From assembly GCA_030018575.1 (NCBI GenBank), contig JASEIA010000002.1, positions 1 through 40,940 on the forward strand: a DNA stretch of 40,940 nt. The letters are read 5' to 3'. Position numbers and translations under genes: made by a program. Positions 15,859-24,274 of the stretch are shown one piece after another. The notes beneath the pieces are model-generated. The model saw only the letters and a program-made list of their open reading frames with translations. It searched no databases and was not told the origin of the DNA. The first letter of the stretch is position 1; each line of letters starts with the position of its first letter. This DNA is from Nanobdellota archaeon. GTDB lineage: Archaea; Nanobdellota; Nanobdellia; SCGC-AAA011-G17; GW2011-AR17.

Positions 15859-16914
15859 ATGAAAATCATCTTCAGGGACTGGAAGTCAGGGGAACTCAAG
15901 GTTCAGGCTGAAAACAAGGACGACCTATGGGTATTAAGCCAGATTATAGAGCCTTCAGACAAGGTGATAGGCAAAAGCACAAGAAAGGTGAAATTAGGAA
16001 ATTCTGACTCAAAAGAGGCTGTTGTAAAGCGGACTGTTACTTTGGAAATAGAGGTTGAAAAGCTGGATTATAATGCTAAGATGCTAAGGATACAGGGGGT
16101 TGTGAGAGAAGGTCCTGAAGACGTGCCAAAAGGCTCGCATCACACTGTTGAAGTTGAGGAAAATACAATCGTCAAGATAATCAAGAAAAATTGGATGAAA
16201 TACCAGATTGACAGGATAGAGGAATCAACAAAGGAAAAGGCCGCTGTAATAATCTGCATTTTAGACAGGGGTGAGGCAGGGTTTGCGTTATTGAAGCCCT
16301 ACGGCTTTGAATGGCTTTCTGAGTTTGAGGGAGAGGTAAGCAAGAAAGGGGTTGAGGACAAGAAGGAATCAAAGTTTTATGAAGAGGCTGCATTGATGCT
16401 TGCTGATTATTCAAAGAGATATAACGCGGAAAGGATTGTGGTTGCCTCGCCTGCGTTCTGGAAAGATGAGTTCCTTGCTGTGCTGAAGAAAAAATATTCA
16501 GATGTTGCAAAGAAAGTAGTGTTGGCTGCTTGTAATACAACAGGAACAGAAGGAGTTAATGAGGTTTTGAAACGCCCTGAGATAAAGACCGCGCTGCTTC
16601 AGCAGAGGATTTCAAAGGAGATTAATGCAGTGGAAGAGTTGATGAAGGCAATCTCAAAGGATAATGCAGCTTATGGCTTGAAGGATGTGAAGGAAGCTGC
16701 CGCTTCAGGAGCTGTTTCAATGCTTTTGGTTACTGGCAAGCTCATTGAGAAGGCAAAGCTGAATAATACTTTTGCAGAGATTGATTCCATAATGAGAAGC
16801 GTGGATAATTCAAAAGGCGAGATAGTGATTGTTTCTTCATCGCACGCAGGCGGCAAGGAGCTGGAAGGCTTGGGCGGCATTGGTGCGCTTTTGAGGTATA
16901 AGGTGAAGTATTAG
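15859..16914 (+). CDS. pelA: Pelota (aPelota/Dom34 mRNA surveillance factor)
   Basis: The N-terminus MKIIFRDWKSGELKVQAENKDDLWVLSQII is typical of archaeal Pelota. Length and the eRF1-like central and C-terminal regions fit. Confidence 0.85.
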   Translation: MKIIFRDWKSGELKVQAENKDDLWVLSQIIEPSDKVIGKSTRKVKLGNSDSKEAVVKRTVTLEIEVEKLDYNAKMLRIQGVVREGPEDVPKGSHHTVEVEENTIVKIIKKNWMKYQIDRIEESTKEKAAVIICILDRGEAGFALLKPYGFEWLSEFEGEVSKKGVEDKKESKFYEEAALMLADYSKRYNAERIVVASPAFWKDEFLAVLKKKYSDVAKKVVLAACNTTGTEGVNEVLKRPEIKTALLQQRISKEINAVEELMKAISKDNAAYGLKDVKEAAASGAVSMLLVTGKLIEKAKLNNTFAEIDSIMRSVDNSKGEIVIVSSSHAGGKELEGLGGIGALLRYKVKY

Positions 16915-16932
16915 AAAAAGCAGTTGCATAGC

Positions 16933-17295
16933 TTAGTACGCAAGCGCAGGGCTCGGCTTCTTGATATTAGGCACGTAAAGCACCTGCTGTGCAATCTCTC
17001 TGCCCTTGCTTTTCAAGTAAAGCCTTATCATAAGAATATTCTTCTTTTGCTCTGCCTCAATTTTGCATGAGACAAGCGCAAGCAGGGCTTTTTTTGCTGA
17101 AATGGCTCCTTTTACTGCTGTAAGCATTTTTGAGGCGTTCATTATTTCTATGCTGACAAGCTCCCTCTTAGTGTTGTAATCAAGCACTAAGTCCCCAATT
17201 TCAATGCTTGCTTTTGATTTTGACTGCGGATTATATAGAAATAAGTCATCATTTTCTGAATCATAGTCAAAGCTAAACTTTTGCATGCTTTTCAA
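16933..17295 (-). CDS. DUF2283-family protein (putative antitoxin-like partner)
   Basis: FDYDSENDDLFLY...IEIGDLVLDYNTKRELVSIEIMNAS matches the DUF2283 pattern. It overlaps the upstream DUF4258 gene. Alternative start at 17286. Confidence 0.65.
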   Translation of the reverse strand: MKSMQKFSFDYDSENDDLFLYNPQSKSKASIEIGDLVLDYNTKRELVSIEIMNASKMLTAVKGAISAKKALLALVSCKIEAEQKKNILMIRLYLKSKGREIAQQVLYVPNIKKPSPALAY

Positions 17296-17602
17296 ACCTC
17301 CTCTGCCATCTTCTGTTTATTTTTATTATGGTGCAAACAATGCACTTATGGTTTATGGCTATTACATACCTGTGGCAAAGTGTTTTTGAATAGCCAAAGT
17401 AGCAGTCATATTTCTCTTCGTATTCATTCTTTGCCTCCTGCTTTACAGCATATGAAAGCCTTGTTGGATTTATAATATTTTCCCTGACTTCATCCAGAGA
17501 AATCTGCCTGCGCACAGCGCGAATGTAAGCATGTTCAGTTATGATTATGTCCTCTTTCCTGTATTTCTTCAGCTTTTCTTTCAATTCTCCGCTGTAATCC
17601 AT
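17273..17602 (-). CDS. DUF4258-family protein (putative toxin-like)
   Basis: ITEHAYIRAVRRQISLDEVRENIINP matches the conserved DUF4258 N-terminal motif. It is translationally coupled to the DUF2283 gene. Confidence 0.65.
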   Translation of the reverse strand: MDYSGELKEKLKKYRKEDIIITEHAYIRAVRRQISLDEVRENIINPTRLSYAVKQEAKNEYEEKYDCYFGYSKTLCHRYVIAINHKCIVCTIIKINRRWQRRFEKHAKV

Positions 17603-17824
17603 TTTACGCCCCTCTTTTTGTTGCTTTAGCTTTCATATTGCTGTTGTTTATAAGGGTTCCCTGCAAAAAAGCGCAAAATCTCCGTCGTCATTGCAAATTC
17701 GCAGGCCTTTTCTGAAAAATTAGTTTTACGCCTTAAAAACCAGTGAAAATATTCCCATAATTTTGAAAATTGCTTTTTGGAAGAATTATTCTCCAAGGAA
17801 GAACTGCGGGAGACAGGATTCGAA

Positions 17825-17908
17825 CCTGCGCAAGCACTAAGCTACCAGCTCCTGAAGCTGGCCCGTTTGACCACTCCGGCACTCCCGCAAATATACGTTT
17901 AATTTTCA
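17825..17908 (-). tRNA. tRNA-Leu (anticodon CAG)
   Basis: The reverse strand folds as GCGGGAG-TG-CCG..CGG-G-CCAGC-TTCAGGA-GCTGG, then a long variable arm, then GCAGG-TTCGAAT-CCTGT-CTCCCGC-A. Track ORF 17733..17918 is its spurious translation. Confidence 0.9.
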
Positions 17909-18088
17909 GCGCTCGCAATGCCTAACTGATTAGGGTGTGACGGTCCCGAACGCTAGTGAGACTACAGGCACTCCCTCAAATAACTGCTAATAGGGTTATG
18001 CAGGCGCTTTAAATATTTAACTCATGGCGGAGTCTGGCTTTTTCAGCTGCGAAAGCCTTATAATCTACTACAATACAATCCTACGCAT

Positions 18089-19150
18089 ATGAATACGCAC
18101 ATGAAAGCAATAGCAATGACACCAAAGCAGAAAGGCGCAGTCTCTTTAAGGGACGTTGAAATGCCAACTCCTTCAGATGAGCAAGTGCTTGTAAAAGTTC
18201 TTCAGGCAGGAGTCTGCAGGACAGATCTTGAAATCTATGAAGGGCTTTATGGCGAAGTGCCAAATGGTTCTGACTACCTTATTCTCGGGCACGAATGCAT
18301 TGGAAGCGTTGAAGAACCTGGAAAAAGCCAGTTTTCAAAAGGCGACGTTGTTGCAAGAATAGTGAGAAGGCCTTGCACTGACATGTGCCTTAACTGCAAG
18401 ATGGGCGAGGTTGACATGTGCTCAACAGGCAATTATGTTGAGACAGGAATAAAGGGGATTCATGGCGACATGGCGGAGTATTTTGCTGATTCCCCTGAAT
18501 ATCTTGTGAAAATACCAAGCTCTCTTGGAAAAATCGGAGTTCTTATGGAGCCTGTAAGCGTTGCTGAGAAGGCAATAAGGCAGTCAATGGCTGTGCAGGA
18601 AAGGTTTTACTGGCAGCCGGAGAAGGCGCTTGTGTACGGCGCAGGCCCTATCGGGCTTCTGACTGCAATGGCTTTGAGAATAAGGGGAATTGACACTTAT
18701 GTTGCTGCATGGAGTAAGTCAGGCAATCTGAAATCTTCAATTGTGAAGCAGATAGGCGCTCACTACATAAGTGTGCAGGAAGGAGAAATAAAACAAAAGT
18801 TTGACATTATTATCGAGGCAAGCGGCGCTGTTGAGAATGTTGCAAATGCTCTTCAGCTTTTGAATCCAAATGGCGTGCTTTGCCTTACAAGCATCACAGG
18901 CGGAAACAAGGAGATTGCCTTGCCGCTTGAGAAAATAAACATTGATTTCGTGCTTGGCAACAAGGCCCTCGTTGGCATAGTAAATGCGAATATATTAGAT
19001 TACAGGAATGGAATTGCAGACATGGGGCTTTTTGAGGAGCTGTGGCCATGGCTTACCGAGAAGCTGATAACTAGAAGGCTGAAGCCAGAGCAGTATCTTG
19101 AAGCGCTTGTGAAGAAACCTGAAGACATAAAGACAGTGGTTGAGTTTTAG
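18089..19150 (+). CDS. Zn-dependent medium-chain dehydrogenase, glucose 1-dehydrogenase-like
   Basis: GVCRTDLEIYEG and GHECIG are catalytic Zn motifs. The Cys cluster CTDMCLNCKMGEVDMC is a structural Zn site. Rossmann motif YGAGPIGLL. Alternative start at 18101. Confidence 0.75.
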   Translation: MNTHMKAIAMTPKQKGAVSLRDVEMPTPSDEQVLVKVLQAGVCRTDLEIYEGLYGEVPNGSDYLILGHECIGSVEEPGKSQFSKGDVVARIVRRPCTDMCLNCKMGEVDMCSTGNYVETGIKGIHGDMAEYFADSPEYLVKIPSSLGKIGVLMEPVSVAEKAIRQSMAVQERFYWQPEKALVYGAGPIGLLTAMALRIRGIDTYVAAWSKSGNLKSSIVKQIGAHYISVQEGEIKQKFDIIIEASGAVENVANALQLLNPNGVLCLTSITGGNKEIALPLEKINIDFVLGNKALVGIVNANILDYRNGIADMGLFEELWPWLTEKLITRRLKPEQYLEALVKKPEDIKTVVEF

Positions 19151-19203
19151 CACTTGCCATAAGGGCGTATCTTTTATAAACTGAATAAACACTACCCTAT
19201 CTT

Positions 19204-20418
19204 ATGGACTGCATACGGTGCAAGGGAAATGCAGGTAGCAAGTTCAGCTGCAAAAGAGGCTTCTGCCCTATTCTCCAGAAGTTCAGGGAAGCTTTGCCCA
19301 AAGTGAACCTTGATTTCAACGGCTCTTCTCCTCCTGATGTTTTTGTCGGGCAGTTTAATTACCCTAATGTATTCGCCGGGATACTGGCTCCTGCGCAGCA
19401 TGACGACACAGCAGGCAGATTGTCAGCGCCTGAAGAATGGTTCAAGGAGAGATTAGGAGTTCACGACATTCTCCAAAGAAGGGGCTCAATGATTTATTCA
19501 AGGTTTTCAAGCAACATAAAAAGCAATAATGGCAGGCTGAAGGAAGTGATGCAGGAAGTGTCAATGGCTCAGAAGCCGTGCGACATGGAATTTCATCTGC
19601 TGAAAAAGCCAACACTGGCAATGGAGCTGAACAATCATTCATCTCCGATTGGAAATCCTGCCCCTTTATTAAAAGCAGAAATCACTGAAAACCCCTTTAT
19701 CCCTAAAAAAGTTGATTCGGTTGTATCAGACAACGGCTTGAAATCAACAGAAGCTTTAACAGACTTGTACAGGCACGAATTCACAGTCACTTCAATGGTT
19801 AAATTGCTGACAGCGGGGCTTTTAGGCTCAAAATTGGAAAGAAAAATGGTTCCTACCAGATGGGCAATTACGGCTGTTGACGGCATTGTTTCAAAGGATG
19901 TGCTGAAAAAAGTAAAAGACTATCCGTGGATAAATGAATACAGGGTTTATCACGACGAGTATGTGGGAAATCATTATGAAATCATATTACTTCCCAGGCA
20001 GTGGAGCTATGAAGTCATAGAAGCAAAGATGCCGGGCTCCTGCTGGAACAACGGAATGCAAATTTTCTTCATGAAAGATAATGAGGGATTTTACGGCAGG
20101 AAAACATACGCATCTGAAGTCACAGGGGCTTATTACAGCTGCAGATTGGCTGTTGCAGAGCATTTGGATTCAATTAAAAGGCAGGCATCTGTTCTAATTT
20201 TAAGGGAAGTCAGGGACGAGTATTTTGCGCCCTGCGGCGTCGGGATACTGAGGGAAACAGTGAGGAGCGCAATGTCAAAGCCCTTTGAGGCATTCAATAC
20301 AATAGAAGACGCATTAAAGGAGGCTTCAATGCGCTTAAGAATTCCAATAAATGAATTCAAGGAGAGCAGTGTTTTGCTGAAAGAAGCGAAAACACAGAAG
20401 ACCTTGCTTGCATTCTAA
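19204..20418 (+). CDS. nreA: Nre-family (NreA-like, DUF650/DUF651) archaeal DNA repair protein
   Basis: The N-terminal Cys cluster C..CKG......C....CPIL is as recalled for the Nre N-domain. The length is about 400 aa. The extreme C-terminus QKTLLAF resembles a PIP box. Assignment is from memory of the family, not a search. Confidence 0.5.
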   Translation: MDCIRCKGNAGSKFSCKRGFCPILQKFREALPKVNLDFNGSSPPDVFVGQFNYPNVFAGILAPAQHDDTAGRLSAPEEWFKERLGVHDILQRRGSMIYSRFSSNIKSNNGRLKEVMQEVSMAQKPCDMEFHLLKKPTLAMELNNHSSPIGNPAPLLKAEITENPFIPKKVDSVVSDNGLKSTEALTDLYRHEFTVTSMVKLLTAGLLGSKLERKMVPTRWAITAVDGIVSKDVLKKVKDYPWINEYRVYHDEYVGNHYEIILLPRQWSYEVIEAKMPGSCWNNGMQIFFMKDNEGFYGRKTYASEVTGAYYSCRLAVAEHLDSIKRQASVLILREVRDEYFAPCGVGILRETVRSAMSKPFEAFNTIEDALKEASMRLRIPINEFKESSVLLKEAKTQKTLLAF

Positions 20419-20421
20419 ATG

Positions 20422-20916
20422 CTATTCCAATAATGTTTCGTAAGACAAAAGAAAAAGCCATGCGGGAATATACAGAAGGCGCTTTTCTTCCCGAAACAGG
20501 TCTTTTGTAACAATTATCCCTCTTGCCGTATTATTTTTTTTCATAAAAAATTCCATGTTTTTGATATCCCCTGTGCTTATTGTCGCCCTATATTTTACTT
20601 CCACCGGGATTATTCTTTTATTCTTGGCTATTATATCAACTTCATGCTGCATTTTGTCCCGCCAAAATAATGCCTGATGCCTTCTTGAAATCTCATTGTA
20701 AACCTGCGTTTCAGCAAGCTGCCCGAGATATTCAGGCGAATCAATACGCTCCTGCTTTAAAAGGCTGTTGGCAATTCCTGTATCATTTATATATGCTTTT
20801 TTGCTTGTCCTTAGCTGTTTTACTTTGCTTTGTGTATAATTGTATGATATCGTTATAAGGAAAGAGTTTTCAAGATAAGAAGAACAATCACCAATAAGGC
20901 AATAGAAATAATCAGA
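20422..20916 (-). pseudogene. 5'-truncated remnant of a DUF4143-type AAA ATPase
   Basis: The frame is open from 20916 with no start codon. SYLENSFLITISYNYTQSKVKQLRTSKKAYINDTGIANSLL...LFWRDKMQHEVDII aligns by eye with the C-terminal third of the intact paralog at 24275..25555 (YFTEVFALFVVPYFSWKLKVQAKKDMKCYSIDTGIRNAV...YFWKNKKEVDFIV). The P-loop part is absent. Confidence 0.7.
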
Positions 20917-20926
20917 TTATAGCCGC

Positions 20927-21694
20927 CTATCTAGGAACATTCTCATTAACCACTTTCCGTTCGCCGTCTTTTAAATCTTTCTTGTCCTGCGCAAACTTCA
21001 TGCTTTGTATCTTCAGCTCCTCGCCAATTGCCTTTTGCGCAGCTTCCTGCGAGCCAAGCTTTTCAACATAATAAGCAAGCTCTAATTTAGAGGCTTCCTT
21101 GTTAGCATCCTCGTAGCTGAAGCCCTGCTTCAGGAGCTTTCTTTCCTCAATTGTATAGATTGCCATGCCCTCAAAAAGCCAGTCAGGAATGTCCCTGTCA
21201 ATGTAGATTATTCTTTTTCTTTCATAAAAGTCAACAATGTCCCCAACAAGCGAGTTTGAATTGTCTATAAGGTGAGTCTTGCCTTCATAAATAACTGCCT
21301 TGAGGGTTATTGACTGGATCTTTGGCACAGGTGTTGCACTTACCTCCTTTTTCTTTCTCGTGGGCGGCTTTCTGCCGGGCATTGCAAGGACCAAAGCTTC
21401 CTCTTCAATAAGCGCCTTCTCGCCTTCAGCGTCCCCAAACTTTTTCTTGTAGAATGCAAGCTCCGCCTTCTGCGCCTCATTGTGGGAATACTGGTAGCTG
21501 TGCCCTTTCTTCAGAAACTTTCTTTCAACTATCTCGTGCAGCGCAATCCCCTCGTGGAATTTCTCAGGCATGTCCTTGTCAACAAAGGCGGTGTTTATTC
21601 TCTCGTCAAAATCCCCCGCTGTAGAGACTTTTTTTGAAATGTCTATCTTGTATTTCACGCCCTCAAATTCTATTGTCTTTTCCCCGTTTGGCAT
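20927..21694 (-). CDS. Hypothetical protein built from two tandem copies of an unrecognised ~95-aa domain
   Basis: Repeat 1 is EGVKYKID...VDKDMPEKFHEGIALHEIVERKFLKKGHSYQ..EAQKAELAFY. Repeat 2 is EGKTHLID...IDRDIPDWLFEGMAIYTIEERKLLKQGFSYE..EASKLELAYY. Start taken at MPNGEK, which has ttatataa 22-29 nt upstream. The ORF extends to 21784. Confidence 0.6.
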   Translation of the reverse strand: MPNGEKTIEFEGVKYKIDISKKVSTAGDFDERINTAFVDKDMPEKFHEGIALHEIVERKFLKKGHSYQYSHNEAQKAELAFYKKKFGDAEGEKALIEEEALVLAMPGRKPPTRKKKEVSATPVPKIQSITLKAVIYEGKTHLIDNSNSLVGDIVDFYERKRIIYIDRDIPDWLFEGMAIYTIEERKLLKQGFSYEDANKEASKLELAYYVEKLGSQEAAQKAIGEELKIQSMKFAQDKKDLKDGERKVVNENVPR

Positions 21695-21730
21695 AAAAAT
21701 ACAATGATTGCGCAGGTTATATAATTTTCT

Positions 21731-22132
21731 ATGGCAAAGCTTATTAATCCCGCATCCATCTTGATGCTTATGGCTGGCGAGCATGGAGGCATAATTGAAA
21801 AGAGGCTTGGCGCGCTTGTTAAAAATGGGCGCTTAACAGAAGCCCAGCGCAATGAGTTCACCCAGCTTGAAGCGTACATGGAGTCAGGGGAAAGGCCCGG
21901 CGGGCCTGCTTCCTTCCGCAAGACAAACGATGCATACATCCCATTGCTTGAAAAAGTCCTAAGAGCGATGATTGCAATCAAAGAGCCGCTTGCGGAAGCA
22001 AAATACAGGATATTTATTGAGGAAAAAGGCACAATGGGCCCTGCTGTTTTTCTAACGCCGTGGGATATGACATTAAGCTATCTTGACAGGCAGATAGGAA
22101 ATCTGGAAGAAGTCATAAAATTCTATTCATAG
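21731..22132 (+). CDS. Hypothetical protein
   Basis: The composition looks protein-like, unlike the overlapping antisense ORF 21670..22032. It is divergent from the tandem-domain gene. Start uncertain (21731, 21764 or 21770). Confidence 0.4.
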   Translation: MAKLINPASILMLMAGEHGGIIEKRLGALVKNGRLTEAQRNEFTQLEAYMESGERPGGPASFRKTNDAYIPLLEKVLRAMIAIKEPLAEAKYRIFIEEKGTMGPAVFLTPWDMTLSYLDRQIGNLEEVIKFYS

Positions 22133-22533
22133 CGGTCTGTAATTGTCCTGTAAATAGGAAGCCACTGCCTTTTGACAAAAGTTTTCTCTAATGTAAGCAT
22201 ATGCCCGAACCCCCTTTTCTTCAGTTCCCTGTTTACAATCCCGCCTGCATGCGGATGCCTGTATTTCCTTTCGTGCGGGCTGTTGAAGCCGTGCCAGTAA
22301 TGAGCCAGTTCATGCGCTATTGTCAAGTCAATGATATACTCAGGCACCGCCTCGTGCGTAAACAATGAATTCACGGCAATTTCAGTATCCTTTCCTGTTT
22401 TTTTAATATGGCCAAACTTGTTCTTCCATTTTCCTTTAAAGCGGATAGAAACATTGTTCAGCTTTTCAACCTCAGGAAAAAGCATTTCCCATATCTGGTT
22501 CATTCTTAGAGCAAGCCATGCATTATCGCGCAT
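22123..22533 (-). CDS. Minimal SprT/DUF45-like zinc metallopeptidase
   Basis: HExxH motif with a downstream His: IAHELAHYWHGFNSPHERKYRHPH. Preceded by FGHIKK...IAVNSLF, which resembles the DUF45/SprT core. Confidence 0.6.
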   Translation of the reverse strand: MRDNAWLALRMNQIWEMLFPEVEKLNNVSIRFKGKWKNKFGHIKKTGKDTEIAVNSLFTHEAVPEYIIDLTIAHELAHYWHGFNSPHERKYRHPHAGGIVNRELKKRGFGHMLTLEKTFVKRQWLPIYRTITDRYE

Positions 22534-22569
22534 AAGACAAGAATATGAATGGTTGTATAAAAAGATAGT
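22512..22569. repeat. Copy 1 of a 58-nt direct repeat covering the first 7 codons and promoter of the SprT-like gene
   Basis: Matches 24160-24217 at 56 of 58 positions. Weaker similarity extends to about 22501-22582 versus 24149-24232. Confidence 0.9.
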
Positions 22570-22751
22570 GGAAAAAAAAGGCTTAATGCCTTTATCTGTG
22601 GCGCCTTGCCTGTTCTATCTCTCTTATCTTCTGCAGCCTGAGAACTTCAGCTTCTCGCACTTGTGTGCTTTCCTTCTGTATCTTTACAATCACATCCTTT
22701 TGTAAGCCCATAGCAGGCGCCTCCAAGCAGAGTTGTGGCAATGGTGAAACC

Positions 22752-24092
22752 CTAACGCTTTTTCCTGAACGTATTTTCCAAGTCCTTCAGGCCAATGCAA
22801 TGCACGTTTTCAGCTTTTATCTTTTTCTTAAAGCTTTTTGCAAATACAACATAGCTCTCTTTCCTCTTTCCCTGATTCCAATCCACATATTTCGCCTTTT
22901 CCTTCAGCTCTTCAACGAGCTTTGCTGCATCAGCTTTATCCTGCCATTTGCACTCGCAGAAAGTTATTTTGTTCTTATTTTCGTCTATTCCTACAATGTC
23001 TATTTCATACTGGCTCTTTCCCGGCTTCCCGTGGAACCTGCCCCACTGTTTCCCTATTCTTGTAAAGCTAAATTGCTCCCTTAAGAACTCAAGAGCCACC
23101 TTCTCAAATATCTGCCCGAGATATGTATTAAACCCTTTCTTAAAGTCGCTTATCGCATTCTCGCTCATGCCTGAGTCTATGAGGTCTTCATTCTTATATA
23201 CAAACTTAAACCAGAACATGAAATAGTTGTCGCTTATGGCATAAATCCCTTTTTTGCCGCCCAGCAGCGGGCGCACAGAGGAGATTATCTTAAGCCGCCG
23301 CAGCTTCTCGAGATAAAATGGTATCTGCCCTGATTCTATGCCTGTGGCATTCCGTATTTCATTCAAGCTGTTTTTCCCGTTTGCGATTGCCTCAAGCACC
23401 ATGAAATACCTTGTCGGCGCCCTTAATTCTTCCTCAAGCAGCGCCCTCCCGTCGTAAAAAAGAAAGCCCTGCCTGAAGAAATTATCCATAATCTCATTTT
23501 CTACATTTTTGCCTGAAAAAAACTCAAGGTAGCGGGGGACGCCGTCGCAGCAGGCATACGCCTTTATTGCGTCTGCCATTGATGAGCGCCTGAGCCATTC
23601 CATCACATTCCTGAATTTAAGCGGCAAAATGTGCATTATTGTGTCTATCCTGCCATATATGGGCCCCTTGTATTTAAGCATGGCGCCTTCCATGACGGAT
23701 ATGGAAGAGCCTGTCAATAAAACCTTTTTCTTCAGCACTTCATCAAGTATTTCCTGAAACTCGGGGAGTATGCCGTTTTCAATAAGGTACCCAAATTCAT
23801 CTATTGCTATTATGCTTGGGCTTTGCCTCTCCAGAAACTCAAACATCTGCTTGAATGTGGCAAACCTAAGCCCTGGTATGCCAAACCTTTCGGACATCTG
23901 TTCTGAAAACCGCTCTAGGTTGAAATTCAGCGGCTTGTTTACCGCAAGCAGGTAAAGCGCGTCTTTCCTTTTTATGAACTCTTTGACAAGTCGGGTTTTG
24001 CCCACCCTCCTCCTGCCAAAGATGACATTTACCCTTTTCAGCTTTTCAAGCGTTTTAAGCTCGTCTTTCCTGTTGATAAATTCAATAGTCAT
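22752..24092 (-). CDS. Archaeal ATPase (PF01637-like P-loop) with a DUF234-like nuclease-fold C-terminal domain
   Basis: FINRKDELKTLEKL...IFGRRRVGKTRLV is a Walker A in the typical arch-ATPase context. Walker B IIAIDEFGYL. The C-terminal EIDIVGIDENKNKITFCECKW is characteristic of DUF234. Confidence 0.8.
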   Translation of the reverse strand: MTIEFINRKDELKTLEKLKRVNVIFGRRRVGKTRLVKEFIKRKDALYLLAVNKPLNFNLERFSEQMSERFGIPGLRFATFKQMFEFLERQSPSIIAIDEFGYLIENGILPEFQEILDEVLKKKVLLTGSSISVMEGAMLKYKGPIYGRIDTIMHILPLKFRNVMEWLRRSSMADAIKAYACCDGVPRYLEFFSGKNVENEIMDNFFRQGFLFYDGRALLEEELRAPTRYFMVLEAIANGKNSLNEIRNATGIESGQIPFYLEKLRRLKIISSVRPLLGGKKGIYAISDNYFMFWFKFVYKNEDLIDSGMSENAISDFKKGFNTYLGQIFEKVALEFLREQFSFTRIGKQWGRFHGKPGKSQYEIDIVGIDENKNKITFCECKWQDKADAAKLVEELKEKAKYVDWNQGKRKESYVVFAKSFKKKIKAENVHCIGLKDLENTFRKKR

Positions 24093-24159
24093 AACTATAA
24101 TAGTTTAGACTATATATTTAAATGTTTCGGTGCCCGTATAATCCCGCCCATCCTCTTTT

Positions 24160-24217
24160 CAAGCCATGCATTGCCGCGCATAAGACAAGAATATGAATGG
24201 TTGTATAAAAAGATAGT
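24160..24217. repeat. Copy 2 of the 58-nt direct repeat, carrying an orphan 5' fragment of a SprT-like gene
   Basis: The reverse strand reads MRGNAWLEKRMGG..., a 23-codon ORF (24110-24181), compared with MRDNAWLALRMNQ of the intact gene. It lies about 90 nt upstream of the ATPase ATG. Confidence 0.9.
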
Positions 24218-24274
24218 TGGAAAAAGGAGGCTGCTGACTCTTATGATAAGTTTTTTGAAGTGTTGTGGAAGCAG

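Noticed and set aside
17733-17918. Track ORF 17733..17918 (minus strand) and the first 18 codons of ORF 29364..29708 (minus strand)
   Set aside because: Both are translations of tRNA-Leu genes (peptides such as GVPEWSNG and GARVRIPSPAV are typical of tRNA T-arm and acceptor sequence). They are not coding.
17909-18088. The 180-bp gap between tRNA-Leu(CAG) and the dehydrogenase gene contains the imperfect direct repeat taactg(at/cta)tagggt (about 17943-17958 and 17982-17998)
   Set aside because: I looked for a tRNA, a split tRNA, C/D boxes and a convincing stem-loop on both strands and found none. The gap also has to hold two divergent promoters. It is left unannotated.
21670-22032. The minus-strand 120-aa ORF overlapping 21731..22132
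   Set aside because: It has the Ser/Pro/Ala-rich, low-charge composition typical of the antisense frame of a real gene, and it would overlap the start of gene 20927..21694. The plus-strand ORF is preferred, though with only modest confidence.
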